Shown: positions 51,474-64,000 of the stretch, in pieces
How positions within the stretch are numbered: position 1 is the stretch's first letter
How the letters are laid out: the number at the start of each line of letters is the position of its first letter
NCBI RefSeq assembly: GCF_964204645.1
Contig: NC_134026.1
Location: 15,782,150 to 15,846,149, forward strand
Source: Tubulanus polymorphus
Taxonomy: Eukaryota > Animalia > Nemertea
DNA length: 64,000 nucleotides
Direction: 5' to 3'
Position numbers and translations under genes: made by a program
Notes under the pieces: model-generated
The model's database searches: none
Told to the model about the DNA's origin: nothing
The model's input: the letters and a program-made list of their open reading frames with translations, nothing else

Positions 51474-53356
51474 GGTAAAAGTGCAGATCCGCACCTCCCG
51501 TGATTGACACACTCTATTTATTGTTAAGCTATCTTTCTAGACAGAAAATCAAGGAATCCAATGGTTCACTTTATTTTATGATTTGACCATCGGAAAGTTG
51601 AGTTACAATAAATTTTACAATTACATTTTTATTTATAGGTTACATGTACCGGTACATCAAACAATGCAAAAATAAAGAAATTAATTCCAAAAATATTGAG
51701 TCTTAATATATTAAGAACCATTCCCGCACACACCTGTGGCTGTGGAGGATGGAATGAGGTCATAACAGTTTTCCCAGGAAAGAATTTTAGGAGTCTCTTT
51801 TGATGTTACTTTTTCCCATGCATAGCTGTCAAATTTGCCACACCTGACCATCATGCAGACGCACCTTCACCACTTACTTAAAAGTATAAATATATCAAAC
51901 CCGCAATGTTTCCTCACAGTCTTCAAAATGGCACAAGCCCAGTTACAAAGACAGTTTCCTGATGTAATCTCGATGACAATCATTGAGTTGATTCACGCTG
52001 TATCAACAAACAAGTTGGAGTGTTTCCAGTGGTGCCAGAACCACGGTCTGCTGGCAAGTGAAATGATATGTCATCAGTGCGGTGCTCTAATGGTGACTCG
52101 GGTGCAAAATCGAGACAGCTGTGGCTATGTCTGGCGTTGCCCAGCCAACCGGAACCATTCAACCAAGAGTAATAAGGACAGCAGCTTCTTTCAGGGGGCA
52201 CATGTGCCCCTAGAGAAACTTATTCTCATCATTTATTTTTGGGCTCACAACGATGTGAGCAATGCGACAACAGAATCAATGATCAGTCTCCAAACATACG
52301 GTCATCGACTAGAACAATTTTTTGGGAGACCCATGCGTAACTGCTTTGGAGCGGAATCCTCCAGTAATTGGTGGACCAGGTCTCCATGTTGAACTGGACG
52401 AGACACTCATCGCCAGAGCGCGACATGCCGCCAATCACCAAGTGCGACAGGTACCTCAGAGATGGGGGGTGATTGGTGGCGTGTGTAATGAAACCGGAGA
52501 TGCGTTTCTTGTTGAATGTCCGGGTGGAAGGAGGGATGCGGCTACCCTCCTCCCCATCATCGAGGCCCATGTCGCGAATGGTTCAACAATTTACACAGAT
52601 GGCTGGCGCGCTTATCAACAACTACCCAATTTGGGCCATGGCTACGCACATGGCTTGGTCAACCATAATCTGCATTTCGTGGACCCCAATACAGGAATAA
52701 CAACTAATCACGCAGAAAATCTGTGGGTAAACGCGAAGAGGTAACTGAAAAGAATGTCGGGTACTTCGTCGGCCCTTCTTAGTTTGTACTTTGCGGAATT
52801 TACAATTGGGAGACGCTTGACGAGGGACAATGCATTCGAAAATGCAATTGCGTTAATTCGTCGATTCTACGCAGTTCCGTAATAGCGAAATCAGGCGCGT
52901 TCTCGTAGAATTTCCAATGTCTGCCACCATTTTATTGTTGATGATGATATTGTGCAGCGACACCACCTGCACCGGGCGGTTATTCAGATTAAATAGTCAT
53001 CATCATAGCTTAATTTACTTATTGATTGTAATTATGTATATATTCTATAAGTGTTAATTAAGATTTAATTTCATATCTCAATGGTTTACTTTCTTCAGTC
53101 GTTGTTGCTCGCAAATATCGTTTCAGCAAGGATACTGGACGAGTTTTCATTTTAGAATTACCCGATTCAAAATGGCGTCCGACGAAAAAACGGAAGGATT
53201 TTTGGCCGAAAAATAGCCTATAAAACAACTTTCCGATGGTCAAATCTTAAAATAAAGTGAACCATTGGATTCCTTGGAGGTTTTTCTGTCTAGGAAGATA
53301 GCTTATCAATAGATAGAGCGCGTCAATCGCGGGAGGTGCGGATCTGCACTTTTACC
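51474..53356 (+). mobile_element. Merlin DNA transposon copy 2, with both ends
   Basis: TIR GGTAAAAGTGCAGATCCGCACCTCCCG (>=125 bp); perfect 8-bp TSD GGATTTTA at 51466-51473 and 53357-53364. Confidence 0.92.
51928..52882 (+). pseudogene. Merlin / IS1595(ISXO2)-like DDE transposase; frameshift near 52285, stops at ~52309 and 52742
   Basis: Zn ribbon CHQCG..WRCP, SFF, IGGPGLHVELDET, LLPIIEAHVANGSTIYTDGWRAY, VNHNLHFVDPNTG.TTNHAENLW. Confidence 0.92.
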
Positions 53357-56300
53357 GGATTTTATTTCCCGGTTGTTGATAATCTCGTGAGAATGGCGCT
53401 AAATATGAACTGCAAATAAATTCAAAATATCACGGAAAATACTTTTTGTTTATATTGTTTATTTATCCGCTATAAAGTTCCGATAAACAATTGGTCGTTA
53501 AGGATCATTATCAGACGGTCGGGACGCTCTATATAAAATCACAAGGGATGAAACGCAGTTCAAGTCGTGCCAGCCAGAAAGTTGGGACAGTCACGTGACT
53601 TAACGCTTCTTATTTGACTGAATGCAAACCTGAAGCATCTAAGATGGAAACTATGATACGAAAAATATTCGGGTTTTATATGTCAACTCTATGAATTATA
53701 TATTTGATCATAATTTATTCTTTATAAGTTATTAATTTCATATGAATCATAATCTGACAATTGATATCGGTCGGTGAATATGTTAACTTTTCATGTTGAA
53801 GTTTTAAATGTGATGACATCATGAGAATGTTACGTGAATGTCCCAACTTTCTGGTCGAAAATTTAAGTACAGCGGAGGCTAGTCAGTAACCTGTCTGTGG
53901 TTTAGTTTCACGATCGGCTATTTTCACATACCACAATCAGGAATGGGAAGGTCATTTTTGTATATGCAATCTTCGTCAGCCAATTTGACTGACGAGTAAT
54001 TTGCCTGGCATTTCATTGTCTCTTAAGATATCCGTCTAATTTCTGTTGTAATCAACGCACAACAGATTGGTAGTTTGTTTGATACCTATAACACCTCACA
54101 GATGATCTTAATCCATGTGCAAATCGGCCGTAAAGTGAGAGTATATTTCTGTCAATTCAACGGCGGCCATTTTGAAAACTTGTGGAGGGTGCTGGCACCT
54201 GTGGACTGAGGCCAGGACAACAGCACAAACTAACAAAGCGAAACGACGAAATTGAAAAAATTAAGAAATCAACACTAATTCACATTTTCTTCATCCATAA
54301 TTTATTATTTCATTATTTATCATGGAAAGCACGAAGATTTGAAATAGATGTTGGAAAACCATCAAAAATAGAAAGTGTCGTTTCGTCTTGGAAGTTTTAT
54401 ATAAATCCTTGTAGGTCACCTTGTCTATCATGCCACATGTATGCAATACACAGAAATGGTGGCCAATGGCGAAATTTGTGGAGAAATTAATTAATTTCTC
54501 AAAATAATGTTGATTAATCACTCGAAACATGGATAGAATTGGATTATTTCGAAAGGTACTTGTGTTAGTTTGTGAATTAAGCCATTAATTGTGGAATGAA
54601 GTGAATAGAAAGTTTATTTTTGAAGCGTTACATTTTTCAACCGTGTTTTGGCCCTTGTCATCCCTAACGTTGGTAGGCCTATAAGCCCATCCGATTATAA
54701 AAAGCTTACCACCAACGATTAGGTAACTAACTAAGCGGAGGCCTGGCGTTTCATCCCTTGTGATTTTATATGGAGCGTCACGACCATCTGATAATGATCC
54801 TTAATGACCAATTTTTTATCGTAACTTTATAGCGGATAAATAAACAATATGAACACAAGGTATTTCCGTGATATTTTTAATTTATTCGCTGTTCATGTTT
54901 AGCGCCATTCTCGCGAGATTATCAACAACCCGGAAATAAAATCCAAACCCCTGTGTTGGTGGTGGGAGTTCAGAGGAAGATTTGTCAAACGAATAATCAT
55001 ATTAATGCAGAGTGTGAAATTTCGCTTTTTTAAGATATTTCCCTAGATTAGGCCTATTAGAAAATGCCGATACACTATTGGCTGATTTTGGACGTCGGAA
55101 AATGAGCGGTTCTCTAATTCGGGTATTGAGTGGTTTTCCGGTGGTAAATCGTCAGTAAATGCAGGTAAACACAGTAATTCGCCTGTAATTTGCGATGAAT
55201 CTTTTTGAAAATAAGCATGAAGATTGGGTCTATTGTAAAAAAATCTCATCGGTGATCAAATATGGCTGCCATTGGGATGGCGATTTTGAATTTCTTGTTT
55301 GCACGATGCAGCCTGCAATTCTTATTGGATTATCACAAAATTTGGTGTGAGGATCAGGGTAGGTATGCTATCCATGCCTTTAGTATTTGGAGGTCATCGG
55401 CTGTCAAATAAGGCCGCCAGGTCGGCCATCTTGAAATTCTAGCACGAAACAGCCTGCAATTCTTGATGCATTTTCATGATACTAGGTGTAAGAATTTTGG
55501 TAGGTGAAATGTCTACCCCTTATTGAAAATTGAGTTCAAGTATGGCCACCAGGGTTGCCATCCATCTTGGATTTCTTTTCAGCCTACACCAATTCTTGAT
55601 GCATTTTCATGGGCTTGCATGCTTGCAAGCCCATATTGCTATCACACGGATTGATAACTTGCTTGGGGAGTCGATAACTTTCGTTAGAAACTTTCTTGGG
55701 CTCTGATATTTACACACATTTAATGCAGTAATAAAATCTAGGTTCCTTTCATATATTGGCTATATCGGTTGTCGTTTTCATTGTTTTATGATTTTGTTTG
55801 ATCGTTTTTCAGCAACGCATACTGACCTTGGTTGAGTGTGCGTGATCAGTCTTGAAATTGGTATTCATGTGCATCGTAGTGCTGCCGACAATTCAATTCA
55901 TTCTTTATTGACGCAATAAAAATTTCACAATAAAACATTTTCTTTCACGTTTAGAAAAATTCTTTTAATTTTCTTTTACTTTCATTGGGTGCTTGCGTTA
56001 GCGGCCACTTGAAAAATCTCTGTATGAACATTTATATTTTTCAGTTTAAATATCTAAAACTTAAATACCGCTTTTCTGTAAAATAAATTCTGAATTGAAT
56101 TGAAGACTGGTTCTCTGTCTCTTCAAAGAGCCTGGGGGCGGTGGCAATAAACTATATCGGATGATCGTAGTGGATTGTCATTTAAAGGAAATGTAACTTA
56201 ATCCTGCTTAATGTCTTTCTTATTTTAGAAAAAAAATCGTGGCTCTTATCTATTTTCGTGTTCGCTACTCGCGTTTCACTCGAGTTAGTCACGTTTTTTC

Positions 56301-56683
56301 ATTCAGCTGTAAATTTTTCGATACAGCAAAATTATTGCAACACAATCCGATTAGTAATCTAGCAATTATCAACATGTTAAGGCACCACAATATTCAAATA
56401 ACAACCATCCAAAAGCTTGCACTAACTTCGTCCACGTCTACTATAAAACCATTCCGATTCCCAGTCCCCGTGTGTAACATTTCATGTAGTGATGTAAGAC
56501 CACACCGATCACCTAGCTCTTTAAAAAGTAATCATTTCAAAGTTCGATTAATTCTACTACAGAAATAACCACCAAGCAAGCTTTCAGTACAATCATGTCA
56601 GCAAGCCCATTTTTAGAATTTCTTTCTTGTGTCATGTTGTGTGATCTTTGGGGCATCTAAAATGGGCTTGTCTTTTCATGTAA

Positions 56684-56848
56684 GGGGTCATTCATTTATT
56701 ACGTATGCATTAGGGGAGGGGGAGGGGGTCAGTGCAATTGCGTACTGTAATGCTTAATGTATATGAAAAAATGGCCGATTTTGCATACAGAGGGGGAGGG
56801 GGGTTGGAAATTTCAAATTTTATGCGGACGTAATAAATGAATGATCCC
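56684..56848. mobile_element. PIF/Harbinger (Tourist-like) MITE
   Basis: TAA TSD at 56681-56683 and 56849-56851; TIR as at 24086. Confidence 0.85.
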
Positions 56849-57609
56849 TAAGGATATATTAACTGAAAATGAACATTATCACCACATAGCCTATATACTA
56901 TACTATATCTATGGCTACTATCTTAACTATTTTAAAACTTGTTACATCGTTACAATGTCAATCTTTCTGTAAAACTTTGAATACTGAATCTTCTTCTACT
57001 GCGTCATGAAGGTATAAGGCCCGTGGGCCTCTTGTTGATTGTCCACGATCTTTTCGGGATATTTTGCTTATTTTTCGAAGTACATACCTAGAATAGATCT
57101 TAATCCAATCAGCAGAGTTGTGCAGTCCAGATAAATCATCGTTGAAGGATTGGTGAATATTCTCGAAAATCGAGCTTTAAATCTGCGACAACGACCGGTC
57201 ATCCTTGACCTTATTACCGAGATCAACGGAGATCAACCAAGATGACATGAAATATAACATTTTTATTTATTCCTTATCGATTTTAACACTTGAAATCATA
57301 TATTATATCAGCAATAAATACCTGCTGGAGTCATATTTTATAAAATTAGTGGGATATTTATGTAGAAAAATAACTTTTAACCTTACCGAGATGAGATCGT
57401 CGATCAATCTAATTCAATGAAATTTATTGCTAACCGAGATGACATATTTGAAGTCAATATGTTGCTTTTGGACACACAAAATTTACATTGAAATGCATTT
57501 TTTGCATTTTCAACTGTCCACAATCTTTTTGGGATATTTCGCTTGATTTTTGGTGTGTGTATCTCAAGTAGGTCTGAATCGAATCAGTAGGGTTGTGCAG
57601 TCCAGATAA

Positions 57610-58000
57610 ATCATGGTAACAAATATGCCTAGGTACCAATATAATTAGGAAATGCTAAGTTATTCCACTATTCAATGCCCCCTGGTGGCCACGTACAAAC
57701 ACCAACAACCTTGAAACCCACCAAAATCATAGAACATGGTATGAGCTACAACTTTTCAATTGATTGTGGTCACAAAATATGCTTAGATATCAATATAATG
57801 TGGAAAAACTTTTTTCCACCTAATGAGTACTGATTACACCACGATGGTCGTCAATCGCGTGATAATTGGCTGATCAAAAATACCTTTCTCAGGTATTAAA
57901 GATCCATTTCCATAGAACAGCCACCTCAAATTGCAATGAAAAATAGCAACCAGTAGGAAGGTACAAGACTCAGAATTCGGCCAAAATTGTCATGTTTGGC
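57610..58000. repeat. HINE-like family copy, interrupted at ~58003 and resuming at ~61710-61790
   Basis: Matches 10140-10720; later part aaaatgtgtaaaaagtgctgattttgg reappears at 61710. Confidence 0.65.
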
Positions 58001-58849
58001 TATGTCGCAGCCGAAACACTCCAATCCCTCCTATGAGACCGGCGGCTGCTGTTCAGGGTCGTTCTGCTTTTGCCCGGTACTTGCTGCCAAGACGTCCCCT
58101 TCTACTTCCACACTCGGTAACAGTAGAACGGTCAATGTCAGTCGACGTCGGTCCTCGCTTTGAGAACGGACAACAGTGTTTAATTCAGTGAACTTCCCAC
58201 ACAAACGTTATCGGTCGTTGTCGGCCCTCGCGTTGAGGACATTAGACTCGTCTTTCCTACACGAACGATGTCGAGAGACGTCGGTTCCCGCGTTGAGAAC
58301 CGAACAGCGGCGTTCTCTTCAGCGAACGTGAACGGTAGACACGTCTCACTCGCACGATTTATGTCGGGCGATTTGGTCAATGTCGGTTCTCTTATCGAGA
58401 ATGGAACAGCAACGACTCCTTAGCGACTTTCTCGCACGATCGACGTCGGTCGTTGTAGGCCCTCATGTCAAGGGCGAACCGTGGCGTCTCCGTTAGTGGA
58501 CTTGAACGGTAGACACGTCCCTCTCGCACAAACGATGTCGAGCGATGTCGGTTCTTTCATTGAGGATCGAACAGCGGTGTCGCCTTAACGAGCTTCCCGC
58601 ACGATCAATGTAGAGCGATGTCTGTCCTCTTGATGAGGATCGAACAGCGGCGTCTCCTTAACGAGCTTCTCGCACGATCGATGTTGAGCGATGTCGGTCC
58701 TTTCGTTGAGGATCGAACAACAGCGACTACTTCAGCTGACGTGGACGGTGGACTCGTCGGCACACTCCCTCTAGGAAGACTCCAACTCCTGTTCCTGAGA
58801 ACAAGAGATTAAAAAATAAAAAGCATAGACCGATAATATGCCAGTAGTT

Positions 58850-60150
58850 TTATTAGGCCAGCCGTAGGCTGAGCCTATTACTATACAAATGGAGCGAATT
58901 TAAATGACATGGTTTCCACACAAAAGGCTCTTTTGCTTGCCAAGTGAGGGCATATTCGAACAAATCACGTATTTAAGCGTAATCCATTCTCGGAATCGTA
59001 GCGAGCAGAATTTTGAAATAGGCTTTCATAAAAATGTTTTCTGCATTTTTCACGAAAATAAAATCGGGAAAATTTCAATTTTTATCAGCCAATCAGGAAG
59101 TTGTGTCTTCCCTGTGATTGGTTTATCTAAAAATATCAGCAGCTGTTCACGTGAATTATCGTGATTTCATTACTGGCGCTTTTGCGCATGACGTCATGTA
59201 TCAACACGCGACAATACTTCCGCGTTCGCTACGTGTTCGCTGATTGCCCCATTTACTGGGAAATTCCACAGAAGCCTAATGTGGTTTGTTACAAGCGCTG
59301 TGATTGGCCCGACCTGATTCTGGCACGGCTTTAGCTTAGTGGGTTCGAATCCCTTGACGGGAGAAGATGATGGATCCTATCGATGCTATCAACAAATAAG
59401 TTTCCCGGTTGGGCAGCTGCGGATATCTACCGAAAGTGTTGCGGTTCGATATTTCGAGGTTTCTTTGAATTTTGGAGTGATATTGAAATCCGGTAAACAC
59501 CGGCGGTAGATTGTGGTGAAAACCCATTGCTTGATATTTGTACTACTTAATCAACGAAAAGCGTCGGGGCCGCGCCAGGAGTTTTCGCGATTCAAGTAGC
59601 TCAATAGCCTACTTCTTCGTGTTCGTCCACCTCCGCAATTTTCACTCCGCCGATCTCTGACACGGCTCTGTCGCCGTCGGCGCTGTGATTGCACTATTCG
59701 TACCACCAAAATTTTTTATTTCTATAGGGAGGTCTGGAGAATAAAAAAGTCAAAATTTGGATATCACATAGGCCTGATTTCATCGAATAAGTCGACCATG
59801 GTTGTTACGTTTCCGTACTAATTACCACCTAAAACCGTCTGAACAATTTTGTCACAACCAACATTTCGTTTACAGAAATCAGGTGTTCACGTGAACCCGC
59901 GGTATCGTCTATTGTTTTACTTCCGGGTTTTATTTTAAGATTTAAAATCGTATTTCAAGATCGATTTCTATGAAATCTTTAGTTGATTTGGTGTTTGGGA
60001 GGAATTTTTATTTGCTCTACAGAAAATTCATCCTTGACAATTGCGCAAGGTTCGCAAAAAATTGCTTTTCCCAAATCGAGTGTATGAACTTGATATGCTA
60101 ATTAGCCATGTGCTCGAATTGCAAATTCAATCAAATTTTATTCTGCCAAA
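58850..60150. repeat. Interspersed repeat related (inverted) to 6370-6915 and 3480-3710
   Basis: gttcacgtgaacccgcggtatcgtcta..ttttacttccgggttttatt (59886) is the reverse complement of ~6586-6635; taggctgagcctattactata matches ~3690. Confidence 0.6.
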
Positions 60151-60274
60151 AAAAATGTTAAATCCAATTCGCTTTCCGAGAGTTAATGGTATGCTGCATG
60201 GAACAAAGTTGTTCTGAGATGGGTCTTGAAGCTATTGAGTCGAGAGATAACCATCTAGATAGTTCGTGAGAGTT

Positions 60275-61105
60275 CCAAAGTTTTGAAGACGCTTCAAGGT
60301 AATGTCTTGATATTTGGTGTATACGTGTATCTACCCTAGACACATCTTCAGGCCAAAAACTGGCCCTGTCAGATTCAAGATGGCCGACTGGCAGCCATTG
60401 TTGTTCGCCAAAATCAGCACTTTTTACACATTTTAGAAGTTTTCGAGGGAAATTTTGAAGACACTTTTATCAATAACCTTGATCATTCGTATATATTTGT
60501 ATCCCCCAAGGGCCCATCGGCATGAGAAAAATTGGGTCGAGCGGACTCAAGATGGCCGTCCTGTGACCTTTTTTGTTCCCAAAAATGTTAATTTTGGCCT
60601 GAATTCTGAGTCCTGTAGCTTTCTAATGGTGTGCCATTTTTCATTGCAATTTGTAATGGGTATTCTTTGGAAAAGGATCTTTTATATCCGAGAGGGTATT
60701 TTTGACCAGGCAATTATGACGCAATTGGCGGCCATCTTGGGGTCATCAGTACTCATTCGTATGTGGAAAAAAGTTTAGCCACATCATTTTGATACTTAAG
60801 CATATTTTGCTACCATAATGAATTGGAAAGTTGTAGCTCATGACATGTTCTATGATTGAGGTGAGTTTCAAGCTCATTGGTTTTTGTTTATGGCCACCAG
60901 GGGGCGTTGAACAATACAATAACTTATTACAGTATTTCTATATTACATTCGTACCTATGCATATTTTGCTACCACAATCAATTGGAAAGTTGTAGCTCAT
61001 GACATGGTCTATGATCTTGGTGAGTTTCAAGCTCATTGGTTTTTGTATATGGCCACCAGGGGCGTTGAACAATACAATAACTTAGTATTTCTATATTACA
61101 TTCGC
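60275..61105. repeat. Reverse-oriented HINE-like copy with satellite monomers
   Basis: Reverse complement of ~10240-11020; ccaccaggggcgttgaa monomers at ~60895 and ~61053. Confidence 0.75.
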
Positions 61106-63039
61106 TCCTGCTGTCTGTGTTAACACACGATTGTACTATGTAAATGACATTGAGCAAGGAGTGTATATTGATAAATATAACCCACAGATTACATCATTTA
61201 TAAAAAGCAAATCTGACAGGCTGGCCATTGTGCCCCTTGGGGCTCTTGTTACGACCGTCTCCCCGAACAACCAGTTTTCGACTCCTAAACAACCCCCCAA
61301 TAATATTAAATAATTTCATTTCATACATATTTCATTACCTTCCCCCCTCATACAAGTACAAATAAATATAATTAACACAAATAACACTCATCAGATAATA
61401 CTACAAACCATGCTTCTCTTACCGAACATTTGTATACATACCCGCTCCTATGAGAGCAAACCAGTACTAATTACAAATGGACGCACGGAAGTAGCCTCAA
61501 GAAAACCCCGGGAAATATAATCGCATCCGAAACGCTAAATAAACCGCCCCAGCCCCTAACAACATACCCCGGCTGAACCGCGACGCACCATAGCAAATAA
61601 CGGAATATCTTAAGAAAACAGGGACTCACCTAGAGTTTAAAATAAAAAGCATAGACTGATAGAATATGCCAGTAGTTTTATTACGACCGTCTGCCCGAAC
61701 AACCAGTTCAAAAATGTGTAAAAAGTGCTGATTTTGGTGAACAACGATGGCTGCCAGTCGGCCATCTTGATACTGACAGGGCCAGTTTTGAAATACTTTT
61801 GAAATAATTGGAATATGTTTGTGGAACGAAAACCAACCGACTCTGCATTCGATGCTGCTCTGGACGGTTAAATATTCGAAAGGAAATCTAATTTCTATCC
61901 ATCACAACATTGAACAATCCTTCTCTGGTGGATAGAAAATCGACACCACCTAATGTTTTCTATCCACCACAGCAGACACGTGTATTTGTTTATTTCCGCT
62001 ATGCGTGTGCTGTGAGATCTACTGTGGCCGATAGAAAACAACGATCTCCCAGCAGTTAAAAGGCAAACTATTTCTGGGTTACCCAAATATCCGTCATTTT
62101 AAGAAGATCGCACAAACTGCTAGTCGAAACGCTGAAACTGCGGGCAAAACGGCTAAAATAATAATGCTGAAAGAATTAATTTGTGATATTGCGGAAATAT
62201 GATGGGAACAGGAAATACTTTGTTATTCTAAATAGGGTATCAGAAATTCAATCATCATGTCAAATTACTTCCAAATACTTGATTCTTGGCTCAAATAATA
62301 TCCTACATAATTGAGTTAGAGCTGTTTTGCACTGTTAATACATAAATTCGTGTTTGATTCAATGTACTGTTTACTAATAATTTTCATATTTATCCTTTAT
62401 ATTTCATATTTTATTGTTCACAATGTTTAAAGTCATTAAGGAGCAATAAAGGTATTTTTGACATGAGTTTGAATTGTTTTAGAACATCCTCGCTTGCCCG
62501 GGCTTTATTGCCTCCTGCTGAAGCTCATGCCTATACAAAGCCTAGCCGCAGACCCTTCATTAGTCTATTATTACACTTCCCATGATTTCTTTAGTGGACA
62601 GTTTGCCGCTGAGCAGCAACCAGTCTATGTATTAAGCCAATCATATCAGATGCGTTGTTTTTCGCTGGCAGGTTCGCTCTATCAATACTAAACATCCGAT
62701 TCACTTAATATAGGCTATAGTGTCAACCTGTCCACCCAGGAAATCTTAGACCGGAGTATTACAGCAATAACGTCTGCGGCAGGGTTTGTGTTGATGTGAG
62801 CTTCGGCAGCAGGCAATTAAACCCCTGCATGCGAGCATGCATATAGCAGGGTATAGTGCTCTAGTTAGTGAACAAATTTTACAATGACAGCGTTATTTGG
62901 CTATCGTATTTGAATCTACGTATATCTTATTAGTCTAATCTGAGTGAGAACAAAATTCCGGGTGGGGTAGGCGTTCAAAAACAGTTAAGGTGCTGTTGGG
63001 AAGCGACAGATTCAGAACGGCATCTCCATGAAATAACCA

Positions 63040-63495
63040 ATCCAAACTAATAGCTATGCTATTAACTATGCAGGAGGGAAGAAGGCCAATCGTATCGTAT
63101 CATTCTTGCAAACCAGTGTTTGTCGAGGTGCGATTAGAAACAGTTTGTACTTCTTGCCGATACTATTTCTTCTGTAAAATTGTTCCATTGGTTGACCACT
63201 CTTTGGCTAAAGAAGTGTTTCCTCAAATTCTTTCTTGATCTGGCCTTTGAAAGTTTCATTGAGTGGCCTCTGGTTCTTCCGCCGTTATTCCGTGGGAGTA
63301 GATTTTCTGTTTCGAATCTATATTGCCCATTTAAGTGATTATACACAGTGATCATATCGCCACGTACTCTGCGATAACTGAGAGATGGTATTTTCAGGAC
63401 CTTCAACCTTTCTGTCTATGGTAGTTCCCTAATTGCAGGAACAATTTTCGTCGCTCTTCTCTGAACTTTTTCAATGAGTGACAAGTCAGTCTGTG
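63040..63495 (-). mobile_element. CR1 LINE 3' fragment (RT C-terminus)
   Basis: IEKVQRRATK..LSYRRVRGDMI..TRGHSMKL..RKHFFSQRVVNQWN. Confidence 0.88.
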
Positions 63496-64000
63496 AGTCA
63501 CGAAATGGAAACTTCATTTCAATTCAATGAATTTGACGTCTAATAACTATCATAAAAACAAAATCACGAAGGGTACCATCCCTGCTACTGCTGCAATCAG
63601 TCTTTATCGGTGCAGTGGGTAGGTATTTACAACTGACTTAGGCCTGTTAATATAGGCGACGACAAGGTAACACGACGCTGACATTTTCTGACGCTAATCA
63701 GTAAGCTGAAGACCGCAAATGCGGAACATAAGCGGAACATCCACGGCCTAATGGACCGGACCAATTCAATTCAACATAAAAATGCGTCCAATAAATAGAT
63801 AAAACCTATTGAATATTTGTAATATTAATATCTGCGAACAAAACAACGAACTGAAGCTATTTGAAATGCATGTATCTAGCGTTTTTCACAGCCACGTGCA
63901 TGCCTACTGTTGATTGGCTGTTTTTGGGATATCCGGGGAATTCCAGCGCAACTAAAATAACTATGGGAAAGCCATTAATGGGGAACGTTTCATTGGACTG

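Larger units (their letters stand above)
51438..54955. mobile_element. CAC-ended non-autonomous element with ~210-bp TIR and 5-bp TSD (Transib/RAG-like signature); left TIR interrupted by Merlin
   Basis: CACAGGGGTTT..AAACCCCTGTG; TTGGT at 51433-51437 and 54956-54960; TIR continuation 53357-53556 inverted at ~54747-54944. Confidence 0.75.
58003..61709 (-). mobile_element. LTR-like element with GC-rich 73-bp degenerate repeats, split by later insertions (~58856-61248)
   Basis: Minus-strand end ..GCGACA; cgaaca at 58568, 58641, 58714; ~70-bp direct repeat intact at 61639-61708 and split at 58815-58855 / 61249-61276. Confidence 0.45.

Noticed and set aside
51928-52882. Bacterial IS1595 / contamination or recent HGT
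   Set aside because: Long TIRs, 8-bp TSD, two decayed copies and nesting among animal TEs fit eukaryotic Merlin
59290-59375. tRNA gene
   Set aside because: B-box only; no convincing cloverleaf by eye

Overview
AT-rich (~35% GC by eye) eukaryotic DNA, probably a marine invertebrate (inferred from GT-AG introns and the TE repertoire). It holds one host gene: a minus-strand spermine/polyamine oxidase-like flavoprotein with three phase-compatible coding exons (9777-9588, 8118-7234, 2829-2700), whose 3' exons appear to lie left of the window. Nearly everything else is nested transposon debris. This includes two Merlin (IS1595/ISXO2-type DDE) elements, an intron-containing hAT relic with a 6-bp TSD, and a CAC-ended element with a 5-bp TSD (Transib/RAG-like signature). 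A BEL/Pao retrotransposon is split by a Kolobok-type element, an L1/Tx1 LINE and a long-TIR element. There are also L2 and CR1 3' fragments, many MITEs, and a Helentron/HINE-like family carrying a 154-bp satellite. The best candidate for something new is an extremely AT-rich island (24435-25810). It has a 48-bp perfect hairpin, duplicated upstream motifs, an intact intronless 213-aa ORF ending in a virus-type CxCG..HxxxxxH zinc finger, and a 24-bp tandem array. No CRISPR, rRNA or complete tRNA gene is supported. All family calls come from motif recognition by eye; no searches were run.
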